Shown one piece after another: positions 1 through 9,424 of a stretch of 64,000 nt of DNA; position 1 is the first letter of the stretch, and the number at the start of each line of letters is the position of its first letter. The DNA comes from Salinispira sp. (lineage in GTDB: Bacteria; Spirochaetota; Spirochaetia; DSM-27196; Salinispiraceae). A program made the position numbers and the translations under genes. The stretch lies in contig OZ271918.1 of assembly GCA_965602015.1 (NCBI GenBank), positions 2,784,001-2,848,000 on the forward strand. Direction: 5' to 3'. The notes beneath the pieces are model-generated. The model had not been told where the DNA came from and did no database searches. It was given only the letters and a program-made list of their open reading frames with translations.

Positions 1-615
1 ATCCCCGACATGTATGCCTACCCGGCAAGCCAGGCCGGTGACGTAAACGTCATTCTTTCCTGGACCGAGAAGAGCTACGACCTCGACCTTCTTGCCACTG
101 TCGGCGGTGTTGATCGGGTTGCAACCGGTGCTACCCTGGTGGGAACCCCAGCCGGTCGAAGCAATCCCACTCCGGTCGAAAACTATGTGGGCAACGGCAT
201 AACCTTGGAGCTCGAACGGGATGTCCAGATTACAACTGCCTCAGATGTACCCCGGGTCGAAGCGATGAAGCTTAAGTCTCAGAGTACGGTGGGCTTCCCT
301 GCAGCACCACTGGAAATCCGCTTTTATGCCGACTATTTCAACAGCGGAACCCCGGGTTCCACAAGCGGACAGAATGGCGATGATTCTCTCACCGGTCTTC
401 TTGACGGCAGTCCCGGCGAACACGAGCCGGCATATGCGCAGATGCACGTAATGTTCGGCGATGAATGGTTCGGAACATGGACCATACCCATCAACAGTTT
501 CGAGGAAACGCTTCACATTTTGAATATCGATGTTGTCGACAATGCTGGACCAGACAACATCACCGTTTCGTCAGCGGGCAACTACGGAGACGACATCTAC
601 CGCTCCATCCGCTAA
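1..615 (+). CDS. Hypothetical protein, probably 5'-truncated by the window edge; YfaP/DUF2135-like C-terminal region
   Basis: Frame is open from position 1; VNVILSW...DLDL motif resembles YfaP-like domains; followed by an intrinsic terminator. Confidence 0.55.
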   Translation: MPDMYAYPASQAGDVNVILSWTEKSYDLDLLATVGGVDRVATGATLVGTPAGRSNPTPVENYVGNGITLELERDVQITTASDVPRVEAMKLKSQSTVGFPAAPLEIRFYADYFNSGTPGSTSGQNGDDSLTGLLDGSPGEHEPAYAQMHVMFGDEWFGTWTIPINSFEETLHILNIDVVDNAGPDNITVSSAGNYGDDIYRSIR

Positions 616-645
616 TCTGCGCAGCGGCACAAACTTGGAATCAAT

Positions 646-679
646 ACGGCGGCGGGGATTTTCCTGCCGCCGTTTTTTT
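646..679 (+). terminator. Rho-independent terminator
   Basis: acggcggcggg-gatttt-cctgccgccgt hairpin followed by a T run. Confidence 0.85.
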
Positions 680-728
680 ATGCGCTAAATTTTCATGCCG
701 GTCAGATGTGATGAATATCTGCTTTCAA

Positions 729-2066
729 TTAAAATGTCCAGCTGTGATCTGAAATGAGCCTGTCCCGGGCTTCTATTGCTGCAGCTGATAGGGGATTACC
801 CGCGGGGGCGGTTATTGGCACATTGTTTTGCACAGCCTGGGATTCCCAGCCGATGACCGTTGCGGACCAATTCTGCTCGTTCATACCATAGTTAAAAGAG
901 AACATGCCATCCATCGTTGTAACGCTCGTCACATCCCAAGTTCCGATATTGCGGTTAAACATATGCTGCTGAGTACCTGCCACGCCCATCCCTGCGAACA
1001 TATTCTCCATCGTAAGGACATTGGCTGTATTCCACCCCCCTATGTCCCGGTTAAAAATCAATGCATTCTGGAACATCCCCCACATGCTTTCCACCGATGA
1101 TGTGTCCCAGTCACTGAGATCTCCGTTAAAAGCAAATGTGTTCCGGAAGGTACCTGCCATGGTGCTGACCGAACTAACATCCCAGGCATTTAAGCTGTTC
1201 GTGTTGAGCAGGACCGCATCCCGGAATGTTCGAAAAAGAGAAGTTATTGTGCTGGTATCCCAGGTTTCCAAACCGTTCGGGTTCGTTAGCGCCCTGGCAT
1301 TGTTGAAGGCGTTTGCAAGGCTTGTTGTATTGGACAGATCCGGGGAGTCGGAAGCGCTAATCACCATGTTTTGCGCCCCGTGAAACTGGCCGCTCGTATC
1401 GCCGAAGCTCAACGCACCCCATTGGCGGACCTCCAAAAGCTTTTGAGCATCACCGCCATTATTAAAACTCCAACCCTCTATAAGCCCGAATATTTCGACT
1501 TCGTAATCCCCCGGGGCCGCATAGGTATGAGTGACCTCATCCTGATTCCAGACTGAAATGATATCGCTGTTGCCATCGCCCCAATCGATGGTGAAATCGT
1601 ATACTCCGTTCGGCACAAGCGGAAGAGTAATCTGATTATCATCGCTTGTCCCGGAGTTGTCCGTTTGCCAGTGGGTAATGAAGGACCCGAGGGGGGTAAG
1701 GGTAATAGTCGCCGAGGGAGACTCGCCCCCGGCATTCCAGGCGACCACGCTGTAGCTGGTTTCGACGCGGCTTTCACCGCTGAAGTTAAGCGTCTCTGAG
1801 GTTATGGAAAAAATATCGGCGTCGGTGGCACCTTCGGGAATACCATCGGGTTGACCTTCATAAATTCGGAACCCCGAAATGTCCCCACCAGACCAGGACC
1901 AGGAAAGGGTGAACGCGTTATCACCGGTAAGGTCAGCACGTAATCCGATTGGGCCGATATCCGGTGCAAGTTCCGCCGGATCACCGGTCCCGCCACCGAG
2001 CAGATTACAACTCAAGGCGGTTATCAGCAACAAAGCAAAAAGCACAACAGTGAATATATTTTTCAT
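729..2066 (-). CDS. BspA-family (DUF285 repeat) surface lipoprotein with FN3-like and PKD-like domains
   Basis: Lipobox TALSC; IDWGDG...HTY PKD motif; repeated WDxSxVxxMxxxF units. Confidence 0.85.
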   Translation of the reverse strand: MKNIFTVVLFALLLITALSCNLLGGGTGDPAELAPDIGPIGLRADLTGDNAFTLSWSWSGGDISGFRIYEGQPDGIPEGATDADIFSITSETLNFSGESRVETSYSVVAWNAGGESPSATITLTPLGSFITHWQTDNSGTSDDNQITLPLVPNGVYDFTIDWGDGNSDIISVWNQDEVTHTYAAPGDYEVEIFGLIEGWSFNNGGDAQKLLEVRQWGALSFGDTSGQFHGAQNMVISASDSPDLSNTTSLANAFNNARALTNPNGLETWDTSTITSLFRTFRDAVLLNTNSLNAWDVSSVSTMAGTFRNTFAFNGDLSDWDTSSVESMWGMFQNALIFNRDIGGWNTANVLTMENMFAGMGVAGTQQHMFNRNIGTWDVTSVTTMDGMFSFNYGMNEQNWSATVIGWESQAVQNNVPITAPAGNPLSAAAIEARDRLISDHSWTF

Positions 2067-2142
2067 ATTTATCTCCGCTCACAGAATAAGGAATCTTTAG
2101 CAGGGTCGCAAATTTAGAGCAAGATTTGCTGCTTAGAATTTT

Positions 2143-3555
2143 CTAGTCGTCAGACAGATCGGCAATCCGGGCGGGAAACTCGATGGTGCATGCCATGCCC
2201 TTCCCGGGCTGCGGGTCAATGACAACCTTCCCCTGCATCAGGTGGTGGACGAGATTGTAGAGTTCGGACATGCCGAGGCCAAGCCGGCCGCGGGACCGGG
2301 CGGTGGTAAAAAACGGTTCGAAGATGCGCCGGCGTTCCTCGTCGTTCAAGCCTTTGCCGTCATCCCGATAGTGCAATCGGATGAGGCCTCGATCTTCCTC
2401 TGCGGAAATATGTATCGTCCCGCCTTCATCCTCGGGGAAGGCGTGCTGAAGGCTGTTCATGACGAGAATGGTAACTATCTGAACCGTGCTCGCCTGATAC
2501 CCGTGAACCGGTATTTTGGCGGGGAATGTGGTTTCGCATCGGATATTCCGCCCGTGCAGCCTGGACGTAAAGGTAATCATCAAATTCGAAATGAGCTCGC
2601 CCAGGTCAAAATCGATGAGCTTCTGCCCGTCGGGGTTTGATGAAAGCAGCTTGAATGCGTCGATGAGCTTGGCTGCGCGGTGCAGATTTGAAATGGTTAG
2701 TTCCAGGGTGTGGCTGCTGTTTTCCACGAACTGAACAAAGCTGCTGCGGCTGAGCATACCAGAGTTGTAGCGCTCATCGAGCTGTTCGAGCAAATTCCGC
2801 ATATGAGAAATCGCGGTAATGCTCGATCCGACAGGCGTATTTATTTCGTGGGCCACTCCCGCAACCAAAGATCCAAGGGAAGCCATTTTTTTCTGCTCCA
2901 CCAGCTGTTCCTGCATCTGATGCAGTTGGGTAATTTTCTCCGACAGCTCGGCGTTTGTCCGGTATAGCTCGGCAGTGCGTTCCTCTACGAGTTTTTCCAG
3001 TTCGTAACTCTGCGAGCTGACAGCCTGATGCAGCCGGGCATTGGATATGGCAATCGCCGCCTGACTTGCAAGCATGCGGACCAATGCCAACTCGTCCTCG
3101 CCGAACTCACCGGGAAGATCCCGGGCAATGTTCATGACGCCGATGACCCGCTGCCGGACTATCAGCGGAACCCCGATTATCGAACCGGTCCATGCCTTCG
3201 GCGCATCGCTGAACAGCGGATGGGTGGTCATATCCTCTACGGCAATCATTTCCCCGGTCTTTCGGACGGTGTTGGTGAGCCCCCCTTCCCGGGGCTGGGC
3301 GAAGGCTTCCCTGGCGGTGCCGTTTCGGTCGTAGGTGGCACCGAACTTGAGACCGCCGGCATCAACCAGGAATATATTTACATCGCTTACATCGGATATA
3401 AGACTAACCGCTTCGGCGGCCACCAACTCAAGAACCTCTGTCAGATCCAGATGGGCGGTGAGCGTGTTGGCGATTTTTTTGAATGCGCCGAGTTCGACGT
3501 CCTTCCGCTCAATGGCGGCTTGAAGCATCTGAAGGCGTTTGTCTACCGGTTCCAC
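2143..3555 (-). CDS. Cytoplasmic GAF-domain sensor histidine kinase
   Basis: GAF domain (VPLIVRQRVIGV, LASQAAIAI); H-box AHEINTP; DDGKG, FEPFFTT and GLGM boxes. Confidence 0.9.
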   Translation of the reverse strand: MEPVDKRLQMLQAAIERKDVELGAFKKIANTLTAHLDLTEVLELVAAEAVSLISDVSDVNIFLVDAGGLKFGATYDRNGTAREAFAQPREGGLTNTVRKTGEMIAVEDMTTHPLFSDAPKAWTGSIIGVPLIVRQRVIGVMNIARDLPGEFGEDELALVRMLASQAAIAISNARLHQAVSSQSYELEKLVEERTAELYRTNAELSEKITQLHQMQEQLVEQKKMASLGSLVAGVAHEINTPVGSSITAISHMRNLLEQLDERYNSGMLSRSSFVQFVENSSHTLELTISNLHRAAKLIDAFKLLSSNPDGQKLIDFDLGELISNLMITFTSRLHGRNIRCETTFPAKIPVHGYQASTVQIVTILVMNSLQHAFPEDEGGTIHISAEEDRGLIRLHYRDDGKGLNDEERRRIFEPFFTTARSRGRLGLGMSELYNLVHHLMQGKVVIDPQPGKGMACTIEFPARIADLSDD

Positions 3556-3617
3556 ATACTTAAGTGTACTAGCGCGTTCCGCGCTTTTCCAGCGCGACGG
3601 TGCTGACTGTGCTCCCT

Positions 3618-6464
3618 CTATTCCTGGGAAAAAAACAGGCTGAATGAGAACGGGGACTCTGGTCTGTTGTAGAGATAGCGCAGTTCGGCGTATAACAAAA
3701 GCTCAATCATGGCAAGAATTCCAATATTAGCAAAAAACCGCTGGGTCGGCCGGAAGAATGTACTGTGCAGGAGCTCTCCGCCGGCATATGAAACCCGCTG
3801 ACCGAAGGCGGCTTCGATTTCACTGAGGTAGATCAGCTGCAAAAACCGCAGGTTCATGGGTATTGTGGGAGAAATCTGGAGCTCCGCCAGTCCGTACAAG
3901 CGATCAGAAGCTGCATCTTCGTAGCCCGGGTGGCCGATAAGCCCGCCGACCGCCAGGGGCAGTCCCCCGGCGAGGGTCAATCCCCCGGGCCCTACTGCGC
4001 TCTCGGGTCCAAGGGCCGATGAGCCAAACAAGCGCATGCGGATGCTCGCGGGAGCAAGGTATCCGTCGAATCGCAGACCGGCGAAACCGCCTGCGAAACC
4101 GGGTCTCCGGTTCGTAAACTGCAGGGAGCTGCTGCCTTCCAGCGCTATGCCTTCGGGACCCCGGGGGTCCAGGGAATTATCCCGCACCGCGGAATATCCG
4201 AGACGTAGGGACAATGGAAACAGGACGCTCTGCAGGGGCCAGCGGTAGACCCCGGCTCCGTCACCATTGTCGAAGTAATACAGTTCTCCTCCGCCTCCGA
4301 CGGCGCCGTAGAATTGCTTCCAGACCGGGAAGAGCGGAAGGTTGCGGCTCGCCGACGCCCGCAGGGACAGGTTTCTCACAACATCGAGACTTTCGACGCC
4401 GTCGAAGAATAAAAGCCGGTCGGAGGCCCCGAGGGTAACCGCGGTCGGGAGGGTATTAATTCCAAAATCGACGGACCACTGGGCGAATGGCCGGTCAAAT
4501 CGATATGAAGCTGAAGTTGATAGACTATAGGAGCCGCCGGGATCTTCACTGATGAAGCCCAGCCCGGCGCTTATCAGGGGATTTCCGCCGTTGAGCACCG
4601 AGCCGACGTCAAGCTGGACGAGGGGATAGCGGAGTTGGGGAAGCAATAGCCAGGGCAGAATGCGGTAATCGCTTTCGGCAACGAAGTCGGGAGTGACGAG
4701 GATAGGAGAAGCATCCCTTCGGCCGGGAAAGACATCATCCACGGCTTCCCAGCGGAGGTCATCTGACCAGAACATCTCGAGACTCGTTTCGTCGGGAAGG
4801 ATCATAAGCTGGGGCCCACGGCTGAAATACGCGACATATGCCGCGGTCTCGCCGAAGGATGCCGGGAATTGCACCCCCCCACTGAGTATTTCCCTTTGCA
4901 GCCCTAGACCAGCATCCGGCGAAAAACGGCCGAGCTTGCTGAGGGTCAGGTCATCATCATAGGTAAAAAGAAGTTCCCGGCGGACCCGGTCAACCGTCAG
5001 ATTGCGGACAGTGGTCAAGGGTGAAGAGCTGACGAGTATCCGGACGTCTGCCTGTGAGTCATGGTTCACAGACCGGCGGGCCAAAAAGTTGTCTCCGTCG
5101 ATTTGGAGGATAAAATACACTTGGTCACCGAGCTGAACCGGCTGGGAGGGAGCAATTCCGTAACTTCCGTCAAATACCAGCTCTATCTCGCCGCTGTCAT
5201 TCACATACACGACATCCCCGCTGTAGCCGTCCAGGCGGACCGCGAAGATACCTCGAGAGTCTTCAGCCCAGCTGGCCTCGGCGAGGGCGACTCCCATCGG
5301 AAGCTCGGTCGGAAAATCCCGGCTATAGCCTCCCTTTGTCAGGTCGAACAGCCGTAATTCGGCGGCGAATTGGCCTTCGGAATCCAGACGAAATCCGCTT
5401 AACAACAGGCGCTGACCGTCAGCCGACAGCGAGAGGCTATTGACCAGGGAATCCGATGGTCCAAGTCGGGTAATAACCGGATCTCCAGCTGCGTCCTTCA
5501 AACTCACCTGATACAAACCGCTGTTGTCGTTAATGAACAGCTGCCTGTCGCCTGCGGCAATAGCGCTGAGCCTCCTGTAGCGGTCTTCAAGATTGGCGGA
5601 ATAGTCTATGACCTCCCGGTCTATGGCCATCCATTGGATGAACTCATCCCACACCACCTGAATGTTCTCTCCGAAGGCCCGGGTGAACGCCCCGGGGAAA
5701 AACACGCCGTCCTGGTAGAGCTGTCCCCTGCCCAGCTCCGCCCAAAACTCTGCATAGGCCTCATGACCGTAGCGTTCCTGGACAAAGCGGGAAAACCAGC
5801 CGCCGTATATGTACCATGCACCGGAGGGGTAGGCTCCGCGGATGCCGTTGCTCTCCATGACGGACATGGGCCGGCCCTCCAAAATATCCTGCTGAATCAC
5901 CGCCGCATAGGGGGTGTCAGCGGCCCGGCCGTAGCCGTCGGCGCTCTCCCGGGCCACCGTTACCCCCTCGATAAAAAACGGCGGAGCCGCAAAAAAGGCC
6001 GGCGAAACAATGTCGCCGATCAGCACTCTGGCAGCGGAGTACAGGGGTCCGGCAATTGTCAGGGATACCGCATGGGTTAACTCGTGGAGAAAGAGCTTTC
6101 CCAGCACATCGTTGTAGCGGGCGAAACCCATGCCCGGCGACAGGTATGCCTGAAATATGCGGATGCGCATGGACGGATACACGGTAAACGAGCCGTTTAA
6201 AAGATCGGTGTCAGGGGTTATGACCACCGGAAAGCGGCGGAACCAGGTGGTGGTCCCCAACTCTGCGGCGACGTCCCGGTACATATCGTCGGCGATGGAA
6301 GCCAGATAGCGGGCCTCGGGAGCCGACTGTTCGGGGTAGATAATGACGAAGTGATCGGTCTCTATCTGCATCATTGTGTGATTTTCGCTGAACAGGTCGG
6401 CCGCCGCCGGCCGGAGAGGAATAAAAAGAGCGACAGCTGCAAGAAACAGAATGGAAGTTCTCAT
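3618..6464 (-). CDS. Large exported protein: gluzincin-like domain, TolB-like beta-propeller and probable C-terminal beta-barrel
   Basis: Signal peptide; HELTH...FIEG motif; SLSADGQRLLL propeller blade; alternating hydrophobic strands at the C-terminus. Confidence 0.6.
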   Translation of the reverse strand: MRTSILFLAAVALFIPLRPAAADLFSENHTMMQIETDHFVIIYPEQSAPEARYLASIADDMYRDVAAELGTTTWFRRFPVVITPDTDLLNGSFTVYPSMRIRIFQAYLSPGMGFARYNDVLGKLFLHELTHAVSLTIAGPLYSAARVLIGDIVSPAFFAAPPFFIEGVTVARESADGYGRAADTPYAAVIQQDILEGRPMSVMESNGIRGAYPSGAWYIYGGWFSRFVQERYGHEAYAEFWAELGRGQLYQDGVFFPGAFTRAFGENIQVVWDEFIQWMAIDREVIDYSANLEDRYRRLSAIAAGDRQLFINDNSGLYQVSLKDAAGDPVITRLGPSDSLVNSLSLSADGQRLLLSGFRLDSEGQFAAELRLFDLTKGGYSRDFPTELPMGVALAEASWAEDSRGIFAVRLDGYSGDVVYVNDSGEIELVFDGSYGIAPSQPVQLGDQVYFILQIDGDNFLARRSVNHDSQADVRILVSSSPLTTVRNLTVDRVRRELLFTYDDDLTLSKLGRFSPDAGLGLQREILSGGVQFPASFGETAAYVAYFSRGPQLMILPDETSLEMFWSDDLRWEAVDDVFPGRRDASPILVTPDFVAESDYRILPWLLLPQLRYPLVQLDVGSVLNGGNPLISAGLGFISEDPGGSYSLSTSASYRFDRPFAQWSVDFGINTLPTAVTLGASDRLLFFDGVESLDVVRNLSLRASASRNLPLFPVWKQFYGAVGGGGELYYFDNGDGAGVYRWPLQSVLFPLSLRLGYSAVRDNSLDPRGPEGIALEGSSSLQFTNRRPGFAGGFAGLRFDGYLAPASIRMRLFGSSALGPESAVGPGGLTLAGGLPLAVGGLIGHPGYEDAASDRLYGLAELQISPTIPMNLRFLQLIYLSEIEAAFGQRVSYAGGELLHSTFFRPTQRFFANIGILAMIELLLYAELRYLYNRPESPFSFSLFFSQE

Positions 6465-7477
6465 AAAAAGCTCCTTAAAACGTCCTCGGCTGCGTCATAA
6501 TCATGGGTCTGCATTATCCGGTCCCGCAGCTCGTCGGCTCCTTCAAAGTGCATGAGGTAAATCTTGAAGAATTTCTTCATCACCTCAAAATTCCGCCGGC
6601 TGTGGTAAACCCTGCGGTACTCCAGTAAATGCTCAATGGCCCACTGCACCTGCTCTGCGGGGAGAAGCTGATGAAATTCGGTTCCGGCAAAAATGAACGG
6701 GTTTGAGAAGATCCCCCGCCCGACCATGACCCCATCCACCCCGTAGCGCGAGGGATACTCAGACAACTGATCAGGGCGGACCACATCCCCGTTTCCGAAG
6801 ATAAGGCTGCGGGGATTGATCTGGTTGCGGACCCTGACCGCACGGGCAATTTCATTCCAGTCCGCCTCTCCCTCGGATTGCTGGGCGGCGGTTCGCCCGT
6901 GAACCGTCAGGAGCGGGATATTCTGTTCCAGCAAAAAACCGCACCAGCTCTCGGTCTGCACCCGGGAAAACCCGATGCGGGTTTTTACGCTCACCGGCAT
7001 GGGCCCGCCGCTCTGCATCCTGCCCGGAGGGCCTTCATGAGCGTCGCCCCGTTCCCGATAGGCGGCCTCGGTTCCTTCCCGGGCGGCGGCTATGAGCTCG
7101 GCGGCCAGAGCCGGGTTCTGAATCAGGGCGGAGCACGCGCCTTTGGCTGTTATTTTTTTCTGCGGACATCCCATGTTGATATCAATGCCGTCAAATCCCC
7201 GGCGGTGCAATTCGACGGCGGCATCGAAATAATTTTGCGGATCATTACCCCAGATCTGGGCCACCATGGGGCGATGGTTTTCCCGAAACTCCAGGCGCCG
7301 GAGGGCTTCCCGGTCGTTGCGCTTCATAGCCCCTGTTGCGACGAACTCGCTGACGAAGACCTGCGGCCTGCCCGCCCGGTGAACAACATCTCGGAATACC
7401 ACATCGGTCACGTCCTCCATGGGAGCCAGCACGGTTACCGGACGCCGCAGAGCATGCCAAAACGAATGCTCAAACAC
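6461..7477 (-). CDS. tRNA-dihydrouridine synthase (DusB/C-like)
   Basis: LAPMEDVT, DINMGCP, SVKTRIG, VHGRT, NGDV and GVMVGRG motifs; GTG start at 7477 overlaps the upstream stop. Confidence 0.9.
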   Translation of the reverse strand: MFEHSFWHALRRPVTVLAPMEDVTDVVFRDVVHRAGRPQVFVSEFVATGAMKRNDREALRRLEFRENHRPMVAQIWGNDPQNYFDAAVELHRRGFDGIDINMGCPQKKITAKGACSALIQNPALAAELIAAAREGTEAAYRERGDAHEGPPGRMQSGGPMPVSVKTRIGFSRVQTESWCGFLLEQNIPLLTVHGRTAAQQSEGEADWNEIARAVRVRNQINPRSLIFGNGDVVRPDQLSEYPSRYGVDGVMVGRGIFSNPFIFAGTEFHQLLPAEQVQWAIEHLLEYRRVYHSRRNFEVMKKFFKIYLMHFEGADELRDRIMQTHDYDAAEDVLRSFL

Positions 7478-8339
7478 CGGTTTTCCCTCCGGGTTTCCGG
7501 GCAGCACACACAAAGCGCCGCTGCCCCTGAAGCCCATGTTCCAATGCGCCCCTTCGAATTCCTTCAAGTTCATCATCGAGCCGACGGCGCAGCTGCGGGG
7601 AAACGTCCAGGCCGAGTTTTGGGTCATCAATGGTGGAAAGGTACCCGGTAAAAAACTCCAGAGCTTTTTCCACGGCCCCGTCCTTCCTGCCGGGGAGAAC
7701 CGGAGCAGCCTGGCTCTCAATGAACCGCTGAGCAAGGCTTTCGTAGCCTCGGGACGTCATCCAGGACCCGATAAAATTCTCAAGCCAGGCCGCGGAAATG
7801 CTGTAAGAGTGGGAAATCCCGTGAAGGCTGTCGATTTGTGCCTTGAAATTATGCAATGCGACGCGCAGTTCCCGGGCCGGCGGATTGCGGCGGTCGACGA
7901 TGTACTCCGAGATAATCATAACTCCCCCGGGAGCGAGGAGCCGGTCAGCATTGTCGAAGTGGGCCTCTATAGCGGAGTGAAGCCCGGCGTCGGGCTGATG
8001 GGAAAAATTTCCTCCGGACAGGTGATGAAGCATATCCTGGAAGCTAACGGTGGTAAAATTATCCCGGGGAAGGCCGGGCGAAAGACTTGAGCCGGTAAAC
8101 AGATAATAGGGGATTTGGGGACCGGCTTTGGTAAAATACCGCTTCGCCTCGGAGACAGCATCCTCATCAGGATCTAACCCCCACACCTCCCGGGCGTCGG
8201 AAATGTTCAACAGCTCGTCGATAAATGATCCGTCGCCGCAGCCGAGGTCAAGCAGGGCACCGAGGTTCCGGCCCTCAAGAACCGATCGCAGGGTTTCTTC
8301 CAGGGGATCCGCCGGGGCCGGTCCCGGGCCGATGGTCAC
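7470..8339 (-). CDS. Class I SAM-dependent methyltransferase
   Basis: LLDLGCGDG motif I, GLD motif II, LHHL and LLAPGG. Confidence 0.85.
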   Translation of the reverse strand: MTIGPGPAPADPLEETLRSVLEGRNLGALLDLGCGDGSFIDELLNISDAREVWGLDPDEDAVSEAKRYFTKAGPQIPYYLFTGSSLSPGLPRDNFTTVSFQDMLHHLSGGNFSHQPDAGLHSAIEAHFDNADRLLAPGGVMIISEYIVDRRNPPARELRVALHNFKAQIDSLHGISHSYSISAAWLENFIGSWMTSRGYESLAQRFIESQAAPVLPGRKDGAVEKALEFFTGYLSTIDDPKLGLDVSPQLRRRLDDELEGIRRGALEHGLQGQRRFVCAARKPGGKTGV

Positions 8340-9424
8340 CGAAGAACCCCCTGGAAAATATTTTCGGCCTCAGCCGGACTGTCCAGATGGTCCGCGGGCG
8401 CCGCGTCCAATCCCCTATTCAGAAACTCGTCGACGCTCATCGCCGCGGGCTTAGGTCCCGAAAGGGCCTGTTTCCACCTGCGGGCACCGGGAAGAGAAGC
8501 GAAGAGCTCAAGCACCGGCCAGATCAGGCTGCGGAAGTTGAGCCCGGGACCTTCAGGGTCGCTCCAGCGGCGTATGTAATCGAAATAGGCTTCGATGACC
8601 TGGCGCCGGGTGGGAGCAAGAAGCTCGGCTTCGGTCGAAGGACTGCCATTCCAGCTGCGCTCGGCGTAGTATCGGCGGTCCATCAGTGCGAACATCCAGG
8701 GACGCTCATAGCTCAAGCGTCCTATCATCACCCCGTTGATGTGACGCAGGTGTTCATCGATTTGCTCATAGGTTTTAATGCCGCCGTTGATTTCGACGTG
8801 GAGACCCGGGTATTCCCGTTTGAGCCGGTACACATCTTCATAGCGGAGGGGCGGAACCGTGCGGTTCTCCTTGGGGCTCAGCCCTTCGAGGATGGCGATC
8901 CGGGCATGAACCGAGTAGCGCATCGCCGGGCCGTCCTTGATGCGCTCGATAAAGTCAACCATGTCCCGGTAATCGCTCAAATCGATGTTTCTGGTCCGGC
9001 TCTCGATGCCGATCCGGTGTTTTACCGTTACCGGTTTGCTTCCCGCCCGGTCCATGGCCTCAAGCAGCTCAGCGACCCGGGGGCCGTCGGCCATGAGGCA
9101 GGCGCCGAAATTCTTATTCTGGACCCGGTCGCTGGGACAGCCCACGTTCAGATTGTATTCGTCATAACCCCAGTCTTCGGCGATGCGAATGGCCTCGGCC
9201 ATTTCATCGGGATCGTCGCCGCCGAGCTGGAGGGCCAGGGGCCGTTCAATGGGGTCGAAATCGAGGAGACGGCTGCGGTCGCCGTGTATAATCGCCGACG
9301 GAGTGATCATTTCGGTGTACAGCAGGGTCTGCCTGGTCATCTGGCGGAGAAACCAGCGGAAATGCCGATGGGTTTTATCGATCATCGGCGCTACCGAGAG
9401 CGGAGCGTGCACAAGGGTTTTCAT
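8336..9424 (-). CDS. dusA: tRNA dihydrouridine(20/20a) synthase DusA
   Basis: SVAPMI, LLYTEM, NLNVGCPSDRVQ, VHARIAILEGLSPKENRTVPPLRY. Confidence 0.95.
   Translation of the reverse strand: MKTLVHAPLSVAPMIDKTHRHFRWFLRQMTRQTLLYTEMITPSAIIHGDRSRLLDFDPIERPLALQLGGDDPDEMAEAIRIAEDWGYDEYNLNVGCPSDRVQNKNFGACLMADGPRVAELLEAMDRAGSKPVTVKHRIGIESRTRNIDLSDYRDMVDFIERIKDGPAMRYSVHARIAILEGLSPKENRTVPPLRYEDVYRLKREYPGLHVEINGGIKTYEQIDEHLRHINGVMIGRLSYERPWMFALMDRRYYAERSWNGSPSTEAELLAPTRRQVIEAYFDYIRRWSDPEGPGLNFRSLIWPVLELFASLPGARRWKQALSGPKPAAMSVDEFLNRGLDAAPADHLDSPAEAENIFQGVLR

Noticed and set aside
7478..7735. Upstream extensions of dus, and likewise mnmA (10837-11034), the MCP (55937-56218) and tetR (26767-26850)
   Set aside because: They overlap neighbouring genes or promoters; homology begins at the downstream starts
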